Shown here one piece after another: positions 11,091 through 25,659 of a stretch of 64,000 bases of DNA. How positions within the stretch are numbered: the stretch's first letter is position 1; every line of letters starts with the position of its first letter. Origin of the DNA: Epithemia pelagica (lineage: Eukaryota; Protista; Bacillariophyta); the NCBI GenBank assembly GCA_946965045.2, contig OX337233.1:2976001-3040000 (forward strand), written 5' to 3'. Under the pieces are notes generated by a model. The model worked only from the letters and a program-made list of their open reading frames with translations, had not been told where the DNA came from and ran no database searches. The translations under genes and the position numbers were made by a program.

Positions 11091-11921
11091 ATGCCTACCA
11101 TGACGAGCTCCTGGACGACGGCGTTGGTTATCGTGTGGACGATTTGGTCCACCCTGGTTCCAACGCCACAATTTACTTCGACCGCCTTTGGACTTGTCGC
11201 ATCACCCGTGACGACGACAAGCCGCCGTTCCGCATGGCAAAGACCAACAAACACGGTCGTTCGACGACCAAACGTAGTAGTATTGGGTTCGACGACGCAA
11301 TCGCGAGATGTGGATGATTGGGAAGCGGCCGAGTACGAAGCCGCACCGCCGACGGATTTGGAAAAATTCTTGTCGACGCGCTTTCCCGAATTTTGGTTCT
11401 TGCTCCAACAAAATGAAGCCGTCTTGGCCGTGGTGCGGGCCGACGTGGCGCAACGACCCGACGGCATTACCCTGTTTGCACCCAATGCGCAAGCCTTTTC
11501 GGCCCTGGGTCCGAAACGCTTGTCCCAACTCGAAGACGAACGCAATTTGGAAACGGCGGCCAAAATGGCGGCCTTTCATGTGATTGATACCCAAGCCGTC
11601 ACGAATGTTCAGTTATTTACCGAAGATTGGACCAAGGGACGACCCCGCGACGGTCAAAAACCCGACTTGACCATTGAAGGCATTAGCACCTTGGGTGGGA
11701 CGGTGCCCGTTGGTCGCAGTGCGCAAGATACCGGACTGTTTGGAACGGGATGGTTTGCCCAAAAGGGCGGAGATGCCACCGTCGTGGGAACCAACAATGC
11801 CCGTGTGGTGCAATCCTTTACCAGTACCAAGGGAAAATGGATTGTCCATGAAATGACCGACTTGATTTCGCCCGAATTACTCTGGCGATATTGCGATCAA
11901 TTGCGGATTCCAGGATTTTAA
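11091..11921 (+). CDS. Fasciclin (FAS1) domain protein, probably plastid-targeted
   Basis: TLFAPNAQAF (FAS1 H1) and FHVID; signal peptide ending STA-FGL (ASAFAP-like). Confidence 0.8.
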   Translation: MPTMTSSWTTALVIVWTIWSTLVPTPQFTSTAFGLVASPVTTTSRRSAWQRPTNTVVRRPNVVVLGSTTQSRDVDDWEAAEYEAAPPTDLEKFLSTRFPEFWFLLQQNEAVLAVVRADVAQRPDGITLFAPNAQAFSALGPKRLSQLEDERNLETAAKMAAFHVIDTQAVTNVQLFTEDWTKGRPRDGQKPDLTIEGISTLGGTVPVGRSAQDTGLFGTGWFAQKGGDATVVGTNNARVVQSFTSTKGKWIVHEMTDLISPELLWRYCDQLRIPGF

Positions 11922-12682
11922 TTTCAGAGAGAACGTCTGCCAAGTGCGAACCAAAATAGGACTGTCATTGTATGCTTCACGGAATGTCAAACGTGGTTCA
12001 CACACACTGCTGGAACAAACACGGAATGACCCAGGACACGTGAGAAATCCAGAAGGAAGGATGCATTCCATTTTTTAGTAGATTATTTGTTTCGCTGTAC
12101 CATTTTCATTGTTTTCCATGGACCAAAACAAAAGAGACTCGTGGATTACTTACTTTGGGTCAAGAGGTGCTGGCTGCCACATCAAGAATCGTACATCTGC
12201 CGATTCGTCAGAACTGTCGTTCCTGAATGATGACGTTTTTTGGAGAAGAAAGGAGGCAAATATCGATGAAATTCCAGTGTTTGTCTCCAATGGTTGTCGA
12301 GAGGAAGGAACCGCATCCTTCTAAATCGTCCGATCACATCTAGAGATTGCTATGCCTCTTTTCTGTGGATAGACTTGAAGGAGCTTTTGGGAGTCGCGCA
12401 AACACGAGAACACGATCAACTGCTCTCCCCCTACGGAATCGCAGATTTCAGATTCTAGCCCAACCAGATGGAAAGAGTCATTCACCATGAGCAATTCGTT
12501 CTAATTACTTATATCAGTGTACAACAGACACTTCAATGGCAACACGACAGACATAAAGGGAATAAGGATTACGGATTACAATAATTTGGAGAGATGTGCA
12601 ACCCAACAACCAAGAAAAGGACTGTCCTGGAGGTCGTTTGACGTTCAAGTTCCACTCTTTCTATTACTCTTCATCGCTTGGA

Positions 12683-13293
12683 ATGTCCCCAGTGATGATG
12701 ATGATGATGATGACGACGATGAAAGATTCATTCGTCCCGCGGCTGCTCCTGGTGTTGATCTTTGTTACCATGGCAAGAGGAACAACACCAGGATCGGACT
12801 GGAACTGCTCCATTCACATGATGGCTCCGTTTGTCTCTCCAAGGTACGACAACGCCAATTGTAAATAATGGATTCAAGACGATCCTGACGGACTCATGAT
12901 ATGCGTTTCATCGTTTCCTCTTACGATATTAGTGGAGAGCCCTATGGAGGAATTCTGGGTGTCAAGGCCACGACGGTTGGATTCTCTCAGCTGGCGGCCG
13001 CCCTCCTGGCGGCCCATCATTTTAATACCCGAAATGCATCCATTGTTCCCGAAATTGCCAGTCTGCCCGACACGTGCACGGCGGTCCTGGACATTTCCAA
13101 GGCGGTCAATGCCATTCGCTTTCACTGGACGGGAATCCATACACTGGCCTTGGAGGGAATGCCTCCCTGTGCCATGGTAGGGCCCTTTGATGACCAAACC
13201 GCCACCGACTTGGCCGTCATGGCTCAAGCACACCATGTGCCAATGGTGACGACACGATCCTCTGACATTAATGTCGTCTCGGACGTGAAGTAA
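12683..13293 (+). pseudogene. Truncated 5' fragment of an ANF-receptor/class C GPCR-type ectodomain gene
   Basis: Signal peptide, in-phase intron 12844-12932, AAALLAAHHFNTRNASIVPE and CAMVGPFDD..TDLAVMAQAHHVPMVT; stops at 13293 with no recognisable continuation. Confidence 0.6.
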
Positions 13294-13540
13294 AGGAATA
13301 GAGAATCGTTTGGAGTCGGATTTTCTAGTTTGTAGCAGGAAGTGGCGTTTGGTGTTCCTGGTGATCCTGCCAACATGAAAACAAAATCAAAAAACAATCT
13401 CGGAAGCGTTGGTCAGGACATACAGGTCTCTCTAGTAGTAGCAACGAGCTGTGTATGGAGACCATGACAATGTTCATTCACCAAAAGAAGGTTGTAGGTT
13501 GGTCTCCCAGTTCCCCTTACTCCTACTAGGGGATTACCTA

Positions 13541-14110
13541 CTCCCTCCTGAAAGAAAATACTTCACGCTTTTACCAAAAAAGCGATATTTTCACGAGCGA
13601 ACGTCCTTTTTCCATAAAAATTTTTTTGTTAGAAAGCCCTACTTATTAGCTCTATATTGGTGTATTATTTATATGTTCGATTCTTGCTTTGGAACGAGAT
13701 ACGATTGTTCAAAAGGCGTGATTTTGAGCATCGGTCTTCAGAGCCCACCGGTTGACACTTCTATGGCGGCTCCAAACACGTCCTCTTCAGGGCGGCCCCT
13801 CGAGGCATCAAAGAGTAGGAATATGTGTACAACTGACAAGATTCGTGCCATTTCCATGCTGAATTCCATGGTCAACGACGGCACCTTTGGCCATGGTTCT
13901 GCTCACTCGTCGCACACAAAAGTTGTACTTTTCCTATAATAGTGTAGACTCGCGCATGTCAACCAATATGTTCCCCCATATTATTCTAAAATTTTTATAC
14001 TCCGAATGAGCCGGCCGTCCTCCTGTAGAGTTGTACCAGATCCTACGTAATCTTTTTATGCGACTAAAATAACCAAAAAAAAACGTGAAGTATTTTCTTT
14101 CAGGAGGGAG
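13541..14110. mobile_element. 570-bp Stowaway/Tc1-mariner-type MITE
   Basis: Perfect 27-bp TIR CTCCCTCCTGAAAGAAAATACTTCACG (13541-13567 and its reverse complement 14084-14110), flanked by TA on both sides. Confidence 0.9.
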
Positions 14111-14435
14111 TAGTTTCTACGGATATATCTCAGTGTATAGCGAGAGGTAGCTCTACTTGTAGCCGTTGGATGGACAGACGCGACAACGATTTTTCTCTTG
14201 AGAACCCCGGAGCGTGGGAGCAGATGTTCCGAATGGACACGCACCGCATTTTTGTGGGCCGGCTGCTCCTCGAATTTCCAGTTTCCGAATGCAACGTCGG
14301 TGTGAATGCGGCAGATGATGAAATGAGGCCAATGGACCAACAACCAACCATTGTCAGCCACTCGACTCTCGAGGAAGAAAAAAAGAAACAAAGACAAAGA
14401 CTGGCCTTTTGCGAGTGGACAAGAAGAGAACATAC

Positions 14436-16933
14436 ATGACTGTGTCGCTTCCATTGTCGGACGTTTCCCATGGCGACAAGGGCTCAAAGGATGACGATGC
14501 TGATAGCCATGTTGTTGCTCATGACAAGGAGGAGGAGGAGAACGAAATGGTTGAAAAACGAATAGAGACTACAGTGTCCGTTGAACGAGGCAACGAACGC
14601 TTGGATACAGTCCCTGATCATGACAATGCCCCAGCTGTGTTTTTGCCATTGCCCACACCAAGCACAAGCATTTTGAGGGATGATGTTGTTGATCAAGCAG
14701 CACTTGAACAGGTCAACTCATTGGCATGCCAAGGCTTGATGACTAGTACTGTATCGGCTGTCGCAACAGCAGGTGCTACTGTTGATCTCGAAACGAATGG
14801 ACCATTGCACGAAGTGCTACCTACCATTGGTCGTCCATCCTCCACTCGTTGCCACCAAACCATCGTGGATGATGACGATGACGATCACGACGACGATTCC
14901 AACAACTACAACGAAGGTCCTTCGAATCACCATGCCACTGCCGTTGATTGGACTGTACCATTGCACGAGCTGAATCAGGCTGTCGAACCACTGGACTTGG
15001 TGGAGGAGGAGGAGGAACCGCCGCCACACTCTGTCGTACCATGGCAAGAACCCTCCTTCACTCCGTGCAGCAGGACCGTGGAACACCAAGGGACGTCCAC
15101 TCCTGGTACAAGGACCATGGAACAGCAAGAAGCACCCTCCAACCCTGGCAGTAGAATACACATGGAAAAGGAAGATATGGACGAAGAGATTTCATCCTCT
15201 CTCACTACTGTTCTAGTCGAGGAGGGCCGAATCCAAGAAACAACCAACGACCAGGATGATATCGAAGCAGCGTACAGCAGTGGTGAGAGGTCTTTGGTAC
15301 GTGAAAAGACAAACCTGAAGGTCGTTTTGATCTCGAAACGTGTGTATTGTATGGGTTCTTCTCTAGTAGAGGGTGTGGCAGCAGACTCACACTTTTTGGA
15401 TTGGATTTGGGTTTTCCGTTTGGGTTTGACCATACCCAGAAATGCGAGGAACCGGAAAATGACGACGATAAGAAGAAGAAGAACCTAAACAAAGGGCAAG
15501 AGACTCCTAATAGAGGCGAGTGTGCACCACCACCCCTCCATGAAATTGCCTGTCGAATACGGTCCTCTCCAAAACGACAGAGCCGACGCTGCAGTCTGTG
15601 CTTGTGGTGGTGCCAACCCAACGACACCACAGTACTGGGAAACGACGACGAACACCACCCCCGCCATGTCGACGATGGGACCAGTACCATTGGCGACGAA
15701 TCCGTCATTCGACGACCCATTCCACGCGAGACCATGACTGTGCCGTGCAAACCACGAGTCCAATACACAATTCTGGTCTTGGTGGTGGTCGGTGTGATTG
15801 GCTTGATTGCCATGACGGTTGTCTTGGGTGGAGTCTTGACCGGAACGACCGACGACAACGAGGAGACAAGGCCATTCAACCATACACTTGTCATTACCGT
15901 GGAGAATATCCAACTTGTGGCACAGACACCCAATGGAATCGCGACAAGAGAGGGACAGGATCCTCCAATCGTACCATTCCCCACAACCCACGAGTTGCAA
16001 TACTTGTTTTATTGTACCTTGGAATACTGGGACAAGTACATGACCACCACTATGTTGGCCCAAAACTTGTCCTCCTCCATGAATGCCGACTATCAGACGT
16101 TGACTCTTCAACCGTGGATTGGTATCCCACCTCCCAATAACAATGCTACCAATAACGGGTCGTTGTTGCGCTTGGCCAACCTTGAAGCCGTCTATCACAC
16201 TGCGGCAGATCCCATGACGACCCTCTCTTGGAGTAATAGTGTGTTGAATCTCTTGAACCAATCCCTTGTCGGTTTGGAAGCCTTTGTGCAAGAGCGTACC
16301 ACAGTGGAACAGCCAAACGACAATCGCTGGTGCGCCAGGTGGTGGTCCGTTCAAAACCAGTACCAGTACCACCATTATCAATTGCATCATCTGACGAGTC
16401 CCTGGCAAGAACCAGCGAGCAACACTCCATGGCTCGAACAACGCATTCAATATTCGATATCCATTGCAGTACCTCCTGACACCACATCAACCGATGCGAC
16501 TGCCATTTCGGACTGGGTGTGGGTGGAACGTACCAATGACTTTATTCAAACCATTTTGGTTGCACAAATGGATACCATCGTTGGAGTCCAAACGACGTTG
16601 CACTATACGACATTTCCTCATTCGTGCTTGTCGTCCAACGAGACGACCAGTACAAGTAGTATCTATTTGGCCCTCGAAAGTCATGTGTGGCGAACCGATA
16701 CTACTGGAATCCATGGCTCTGCACAAGAACCAGCGGGGAATCTACAGGATTGGTGGTTTCAACAATGGCAAGACTTTGGCAACGTGTATTTGGAGGAGTT
16801 TGTGCGTACTACCGTGCAGGAGGAGGGCCCCTATTCCAAAGCTAGCGACGTACTCGTTCGACCTGCCAGCTTTGAGTATTCTGCTGCCGATGGATCGGAA
16901 CCCACTTCTCGAGACGTCATTTGCCAACGATGA
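14436..16933 (+). CDS. Hypothetical single-pass membrane protein with acidic N-terminal region (probably two exons)
   Basis: Two overlapping long ORFs (14409-15488, 15347-16933) probably joined by an intron near 15283-15371 (exact junction unresolved); strong TM ILVLVVVGVIGLIAMTVVLGGVL. Confidence 0.55.
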
Positions 16934-17447
16934 AGAGGAGACACGGAAGCCACACATGGAAGCGACACATACTCCTACCTAGGTAGGAGTAGCTCCCTGT
17001 CGTCCATTTTGAGAATGACACAGGACGACCACCCCTTGTCCGTCTTTGCTAGAAAATCGTTATCCAAAGGATCCACCAACCAGTTCTGGAACAGACTTCT
17101 ATCGATTCTTAGGAGTAGAAGAAGATAGGAGTAATACAGTTGAGATTCATCGGGGCCAACGATCCATCGTATCCGTAGGAGCCCTCGAAAAGGGTAGCCA
17201 TAGTAGCCACAATCTATCAGTCACGAATCAACATGACTGATGACTCCCAGAGACCCAAAATGACTCCTTTCGGAAGACCAATGGACCGCACACCCTCTCT
17301 TCTTCAATACACCAAGTTCCATTGACGGCCTTTCTTACACCAGTTTGTGGTTCAGCAGCATATTATAAAGAACTCATCTATCGCTCTCCTGGTGAATCCT
17401 TTAGCCTGTTGAGATTCCTACAGTGTTGTGTTATAAAGAGAGACGCA

Positions 17448-18788
17448 ATGACTCGGATACCGAGACCACCACCACCACCATCACAACTAGCTCAGCGAGT
17501 GGCCATTGGAACGGGCGGAAGCTTTTTATGGACGTTAATGTTATGTGGTGTATTGGCGACCCTCGTCAATGTCTTGTTTGAAGCTGGATCAACCATGGAA
17601 CCGACCCATTGGGCTTCCAAGTTTGATGTCATTCAAGGGGAACTCCTCTTGGAGGGACAACAACAACCGGGCAAGGGACAACACTTGCCCCTGCAACAAC
17701 TACAGCAGCAACAACTACCACAACGACTCCAATTACCGCTCGCCAATTCACAGGCCCTTCCACAACGACAAGAACCAAAAGTCCCCGAAAAGCATTTTAA
17801 TTGGGATAAAGTCAATCCCGAATTGGCACTGGATAAGGGTCCGATACTCAAACTGGTACAAGATGCCGGCATTACCGACATTGACGAGTCGGATTTGCAA
17901 AAGTTGCCCTCCTGGTCCGATGTCAAGTCGTTGTATGGCGAGGAGCCCATTATTTGGGGCTACCCCGAACAATGTAGCAAGTTTCAAAACCTTCCCAACA
18001 AGGCTCTCCATTTCATTTCTACCGCGGGTACCTTTAATACCGGAACCAACCTCATGTCGGAATTGTTGATTGCCAATTGTCATTTGCCGGACCATGAAAA
18101 GGAGTACAAGGGCGCAGGTGTTCGATGGCAAGTGATTTGGGGCAAACATACGCCCGTCAAGAATGAAACGTACCGATTGACACATCGAACGTACAAGGAT
18201 CCGAATTATTTGGCCGAAAACACCTTTCCTGTTGTCATGGTACGAGATCCCTACAAATGGATGCAATCCATGTGTCGACACAAATACGAAGCCAAATGGC
18301 TCAAGGATCCAGCAAATCCATTGCATTGTCCCAATTTAGTGTATCAAAATGACGCCAAACGACCCTTTAACGTAATGGTCAAGTACGCCAACTTTACCAC
18401 CCAATATACCTCGTTGGTGGAGTTGTGGAATGAATGGTATCAGGCCTATTTCGATGCGCCCTTTCCTCGTCTTGTGGTACGATTTGAAGATTTGATTTAC
18501 CATCCACGTGCCGTGGTTCAAAAGGCCTGTGAATGTGCCGGAGGCCAGTTGCGGAATAAATTTCGGTACATTGTCGAGTCGGCCAAAAAGGGAGAAAAGC
18601 AACATGGGCCACAAGCCCAACGAACGTCGTACTTGACGGCCTTGAGTCGGTATGGGACCAAAGAAGGGCGATACAAGGGATTTCAACCCAGCGACATGAA
18701 CTATGCTGGCCAACACCTTAATACGACGCTGATGCAGACCTTGGCCTATCCATTTCATGAAAATGCAATGCGGGAAGCCGACACATAA
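17448..18788 (+). CDS. Sulfotransferase-like type II membrane protein, tandem copy A
   Basis: N-terminal TM, GTFNTGTNL (PAPS loop-like), WGKH, VMVRDPYKWMQS, VVRFEDL. Confidence 0.75.
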   Translation: MTRIPRPPPPPSQLAQRVAIGTGGSFLWTLMLCGVLATLVNVLFEAGSTMEPTHWASKFDVIQGELLLEGQQQPGKGQHLPLQQLQQQQLPQRLQLPLANSQALPQRQEPKVPEKHFNWDKVNPELALDKGPILKLVQDAGITDIDESDLQKLPSWSDVKSLYGEEPIIWGYPEQCSKFQNLPNKALHFISTAGTFNTGTNLMSELLIANCHLPDHEKEYKGAGVRWQVIWGKHTPVKNETYRLTHRTYKDPNYLAENTFPVVMVRDPYKWMQSMCRHKYEAKWLKDPANPLHCPNLVYQNDAKRPFNVMVKYANFTTQYTSLVELWNEWYQAYFDAPFPRLVVRFEDLIYHPRAVVQKACECAGGQLRNKFRYIVESAKKGEKQHGPQAQRTSYLTALSRYGTKEGRYKGFQPSDMNYAGQHLNTTLMQTLAYPFHENAMREADT

Positions 18789-19528
18789 CAAAGTTTCAAT
18801 CTACTTCACAAACAGTTGACGAATGGAGTACAAGGATACTGAGCGCGTTTTGAGTAATTGGTGTAAATACAGAAAGCGAGAGGAATCTTGCTCGAGGACA
18901 GGAACGAAATTTTGACATTCCCTTGTTTCCAAAGCAAATTGCTAAAGGTTGTCAACAGGGATCTATTGTGATGTTGTAGTCATAGTTGATGCTCTCACTG
19001 CTCCTATTGTAGGGCTGCTCTTCGCCTATGCGACTGAAATTTGGAGTGTCTATGACGAGCCATTTCGATTCCTGTGCACGTTTAGCAACAACCCGTTGCG
19101 GTCCTTGTGTGTGGCAATGTGTCTTGTTCCGCGGAGTGATCATGTCCACGTTCGTTCCCATCCTGGCAAATGGATTGGTGTGTAGGATACATTCGTCATC
19201 TCCCATGTGAAATGTGAATGATGAATGGCGTGATTCCGCGAGAATACATTATGGAGGACGGAATCTTTGGTCCTGCGTCTGCGTGGGGCACAACTCCCCT
19301 CGCGTACAAGAATTAGAGAGGCATGCGCCGGGCCGTCTGAGGTCCAACACATTTCGTTAGACAAGTACATATGCCCATTCACGTCTCACGCAGACCGTCT
19401 CCCTGCTCTCATCAAACTTTGGCCACATTTGAAGACAATCAACAAAAAAGACCGTTCCGTTCTCTGGTGTTTGCGCATAACAACAGGAGAACGAGAAAGG
19501 GGCTTACAAGAAACACAAGACGGTCAGG

Positions 19529-20869
19529 ATGCGCTCTGTCAAGTCCATGAAAATGGTACACTTACGTAGGAGTCGGCGTGCAGGGATGATCAACCTCTGG
19601 CGTTTCTTGTTCAGTGGTTTGCTTGTGACCATGATGACCCTCTTGTATGAGGCGGGGACCACCTTGGAGGGACTGCACAAAACGGCTCAATTCGATCCAG
19701 TCCAAAGCTACGTGAACCATAATGAAAGTTTGGATGATGGTGGGAATACATCGTTGTTGTGGGACGACAAGACCGGGATAGCAGACGCCACCGACCCTGA
19801 TACATCCGATGCGGATACCACCCCTCCATCCAACCTCGATGAGGGCCATCTCAATTCCGAAATGGTACGAGACAAGGGTCCCCTTTTACAGTTGCTGCGA
19901 GAGGCTGGAATGGACGATCTGGATGAAGCAACCCTCAAGGCCCTTCCGACCTGGTCAAATGTAACGGATTTGTATGGCAAGGAGCCAGTGTTGCATGGAT
20001 TCCCCGAAGAATGCTCCAAGTTTCAGAGTCTACCCAATCCATCCCTTCATTTTATTGCCTCGGCCGGATCCTTTAATAGTGGTACCAATTTAATGGCGGA
20101 ACTCCTCATTCACAATTGTCACCTGCCCCAGCATGAGGGAGGACCGGGTGTGCGATGGCAAGTGCTGTGGGGCAAGCATACCCCGATTGCCAATGATACC
20201 TTTCGACTCGAGCACAAAACGTATAGCGATGAAAAGTACAAGGTTCCGGAAAATGTGTTCCCCGTTGTCATGGTACGAGATCCCTATCAATGGATGCAAG
20301 CACTGTGTCGGCATCATTACACGGCCACATGGCCCGTCGATCCTCACGACCCCGAGCATTGTCCCAATTTGGTGCGACAAGTAGCACAGGCAGGTGTCAC
20401 CAAGGAAACCTCACACTTCGACACTACCAATTCACAAACAACGTACAAAGTTACAGTCGTGTATCCCAATGTGACGACGCATCATGCCTCCATGGCGGAA
20501 TTCTGGAACGATTGGTACCGACCGTACACGGAGGCATTGTTTCCTCGATTAATGGTTCGATACGAAGATTTGCTGTATCATCCTCGTACCGTCGTTCAAC
20601 AGGCCTGTGAATGTGCCGGAGGCAAACTCAAAGCACGCTTTGAGTACATTACCAAATCCGCCAAAAAAGGTTTGGGAGGCCATGGCAAGGAACGAACCTC
20701 GTATCTCGATGCCTTGATTCGGTATGGAAGCGAACAAGGACGGTATAAGGGATTCTCCTCGGCCGATCTCGACTACCTGGCCACTCATTTGGATCGAACA
20801 ATGATGCAAAACATGGGATATTCCTTCCATTCCACTCATAAACCAGAACAACCGCAACTCCCCTTGTAG
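19529..20869 (+). CDS. Sulfotransferase-like type II membrane protein, tandem copy B
   Basis: GSFNSGTNL, WGKH, VMVRDPYQWMQA, MVRYEDL; colinear with copy A (QACECAGG shared). Confidence 0.75.
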   Translation: MRSVKSMKMVHLRRSRRAGMINLWRFLFSGLLVTMMTLLYEAGTTLEGLHKTAQFDPVQSYVNHNESLDDGGNTSLLWDDKTGIADATDPDTSDADTTPPSNLDEGHLNSEMVRDKGPLLQLLREAGMDDLDEATLKALPTWSNVTDLYGKEPVLHGFPEECSKFQSLPNPSLHFIASAGSFNSGTNLMAELLIHNCHLPQHEGGPGVRWQVLWGKHTPIANDTFRLEHKTYSDEKYKVPENVFPVVMVRDPYQWMQALCRHHYTATWPVDPHDPEHCPNLVRQVAQAGVTKETSHFDTTNSQTTYKVTVVYPNVTTHHASMAEFWNDWYRPYTEALFPRLMVRYEDLLYHPRTVVQQACECAGGKLKARFEYITKSAKKGLGGHGKERTSYLDALIRYGSEQGRYKGFSSADLDYLATHLDRTMMQNMGYSFHSTHKPEQPQLPL

Positions 20870-21166
20870 TTTGCAATTTATTTTGGAACGACAACAAGCA
20901 AAAGCAATGCGCCAAAAAGTTGTTTGCGCATAAACTCAAACTGTCTATGATAGATTAGAAAGATATCTCCCTTGTGAACCATGAGTCGTGCGTGATAAAT
21001 TCCGTCAGATCATCAAACATCAAAACCAATTGTACCCTTCGAAACTTCGTAGCCGCTACCCGATGCACCGATCGTCTTACCACTAGAAATGCGTAAATGC
21101 TTAAAATTGAATAGAAAGCGTGCTAAATCAGATGTTACTGCAACTATCAACTAGAAAGATCGTGAT

Positions 21167-22857
<1,691 letters not shown>

Positions 22858-23286
22858 GGTAGGGTATCGTTTGGTCTCAAATGACGGCGATTGGCGTTGC
22901 TCTACTCGAGGACTGCGGTTTTATGACTACGTTTGGGAAGAATTTTTGCCGACCATACACGAACGCGGTAGAAAGATGTTTCGTGACAGGTCGTGACACG
23001 GCGGGGGCGGTGTACGGGTTCCAGCGAAGCGGTTCCAGCGAAAAGTGACGATTTCTTGAGCGGTCGTGAAAATACAGGACACCATTGTAATACAAAACGG
23101 CTCATTGGAGCTTCAAACCGAAACAGACGGACGCGGGAGAGTTCCGAACAGCTGGAAGAATAGCGAGGCTGCCGGTGCAGAAGTTCTGCAGTCCCGTTCG
23201 ACACACGTACGTCTCAATTCGAGGTGCGACCGGCCAGCCGGTGCAGGAAAAAAAGAACCTCGAGTCAGACAGCTCCATGGCCTCGC

Positions 23287-24321
23287 ATGCCGATTTTATT
23301 GCACGAAGGGCATGCATCCGTGGTGATCCATCACCCTGACAAGAATCAAGGACGGATCGTGGTCGTATTGGGATGCTCGGATGATACTCCTTCTACTTCC
23401 ACCAAGAGTGCGATGCTGTTGTTGCATCTGGACCATGATACTATGGCCTGGCGAGAAGCTCCATCCATGAACAACAACCGAAATTTCTGTTCAGCCGTGG
23501 TATGTCATGGCGCTCTGTATGCCATTGGTGGAGATCATCCCGATGATCCCATTGTTTTTGATACCATTGAGAGGATTGACATTGGAGATTTGCTTTCTCC
23601 ATCATGGTCGAGAATGAATTAAAAAAAATGGAAGACTCTAGAGTGTCGTTTGTGAAGCGGGAAATATGCGTGCGCCGCAGCCGTTGTACAGGACAGATTT
23701 ATTGTTGTCGCGGGTGGAAAATGTCATAGTCGTGATCTTTCATCTGTCGATATTGTGGACACATCATCGGAAAGTCAATGCATTGTGATATCCGGGCCAC
23801 CATTGAATGTGGATCGATGTTACTTTGGAATGGCTGTGGTTGGCCAACGTGTGTATGCGGTTGGTGGGTGGGGCGGGATATACCTGGACTCTGTGGAATA
23901 CCTGGAATTTGAGGACTGGCGGAAAGCGGGGTCCCAAAATCCAACAATATCCGCACTCCCGTTCACCAACAAATCCTGGAAGATTCACCAGGATCTTGTT
24001 CTTGGAACTGGTATAAATATGTATGGTGTGGTCCGAATGGGATCATGTCTCATTGCGGTTGGAGGCGACTGCGAGGAATACGATGAGATGCATTGGGTCG
24101 AGGTTTTGGACACGCAACGGAACCTGGTATGGCAGCTCCCAAACCTGATAACTGGACAGCAAGACTATAGCGAGGTTGCCATTCCGAAGGGCATTGCAAC
24201 AATTTCATGCTGGGAAGGGGGAGATGCGGTTGAAACACTTGCTCTTGTGGACAAGAACAGTGCATGTTTTGCTCGTTTGATGTCTCTCGGTAAGGCCCCA
24301 CTTCGAATAGACCACTGCTGA
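23287..24321 (+). pseudogene. Kelch-repeat gene with two in-frame stops
   Basis: Kelch motifs (ALYAIGG, FIVVAGG, RVYAVGG, LIAVGG) continue in one frame across TAA (23620-23622) and a TGA about 30 bp later. Confidence 0.75.
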
Positions 24322-25659
24322 GAGGTTGTGGAAGTTTGGTTACACTCGGTGATGGTTAGTGCGAAGAAGTTCCGGACTTGCATTTGTCAGACAAGGGCAC
24401 TCTCATGGTTTTTGCTCAATGGATGGGACTCTCCCAGTTTTCGAACGACAAAACATGGAGGATTGGCACGGACGCAGACGCAAAGGAAAAGATTTTTGTG
24501 AATCCATCTGTACAGTTCACCGTAGCATCCTTGGAATAGAGAGCCATGCAATACATGTTTGGGCGTGGAATTCATCGATTGCTGCTGCGCAGGTTCTAAT
24601 CGAGAGCATCTCTGGCCTAAGATAAAATCATCTATCTCTTTTTTCTTCCTTCTCCTATTACCGTATAGGTTGATAGCCGGCCGATCAAACGATGCGTCTC
24701 TCATTCTCTGATTGCAATACGATGGAACAAGACTTAATATTAGCTTTCCTTGTTGGTTGATACCAGATGCATTGAGTAATAGTTCCCTTAAGCTATGGAC
24801 GGCCCTACTGCATGTTGGCGAGAAGTACCTACGTGATCTATTGTCAGGATTTTCCTGAACGTTGTGGGCCTGCCGAAAAGCCCTGAAGTCAGTTCAGCCC
24901 TCTGGACAAACAACGGTTTCTCATCCTTGTCACGAGACGGCTTCCTAGTTGATGCATCTACCTAGACATTGAAGATGGGTCTTGACGAAACATGAGAACT
25001 AGATACAGTCGTACCTACGAATGATAGTAGTACTGCTCTTCCATCAAAATTGGTTTCACGAACAAAGAACTTGAGCCTTCCTCTTCCGTGCAGTCGACGG
25101 CACCACAAGACAGGCGATTGTTCCACGTTCGTTGTGATTATCATCCTCCAAATACAAAACATTCCCTCTTCCACATGATGCTTTGTACCTAGATGATCGA
25201 GACCTCCAGCTTCCAAGGTGTCAGAAGGAACAAGATACAGACGTGTTCGCCATGGTACGCCAAGCCGAATGATCCGACGGCTGTGCCATGGAGACTTTCC
25301 ATTCCAATCCACTCTTGTCAGGGAACAAAGCTGCTGAGGACATGACCATATGCCCGGCTGGAATAGAGAAGCGCCACTGAGACGACAAGAACCGGTCGAT
25401 TGCGCTTATTCTCCTTATCAATGACAAACGCCGTTGAACATATCATGTGTGTTGTGGAAAAGAATGAGGACTCTTAGCAAGATCGCGTGCCCAGAAGTTC
25501 CCCTAAAGGGACACGACCTCTGACTGTCGGCGTAATGCAATGCGCCATGCGCTCAAAATTCCATGTCTCAGAAGGGTCACATAAGGCCTTGACACGGGTT
25601 GGAGGTAGAATGCATCATCATCACCACAGAGCAGGGACCACTTCCCCCATGTGACTTTT

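Noticed and set aside
23027-23043. ggttccagcgaa direct repeat upstream of polyubiquitin as a heat-shock element
   Set aside because: TTC-GAA spacing is 4 nt, not the canonical 2; no clear nGAAn array.
24960-25430. Short minus-strand ORFs as a TE relic
   Set aside because: No recognisable transposase or RT motif and no termini found.
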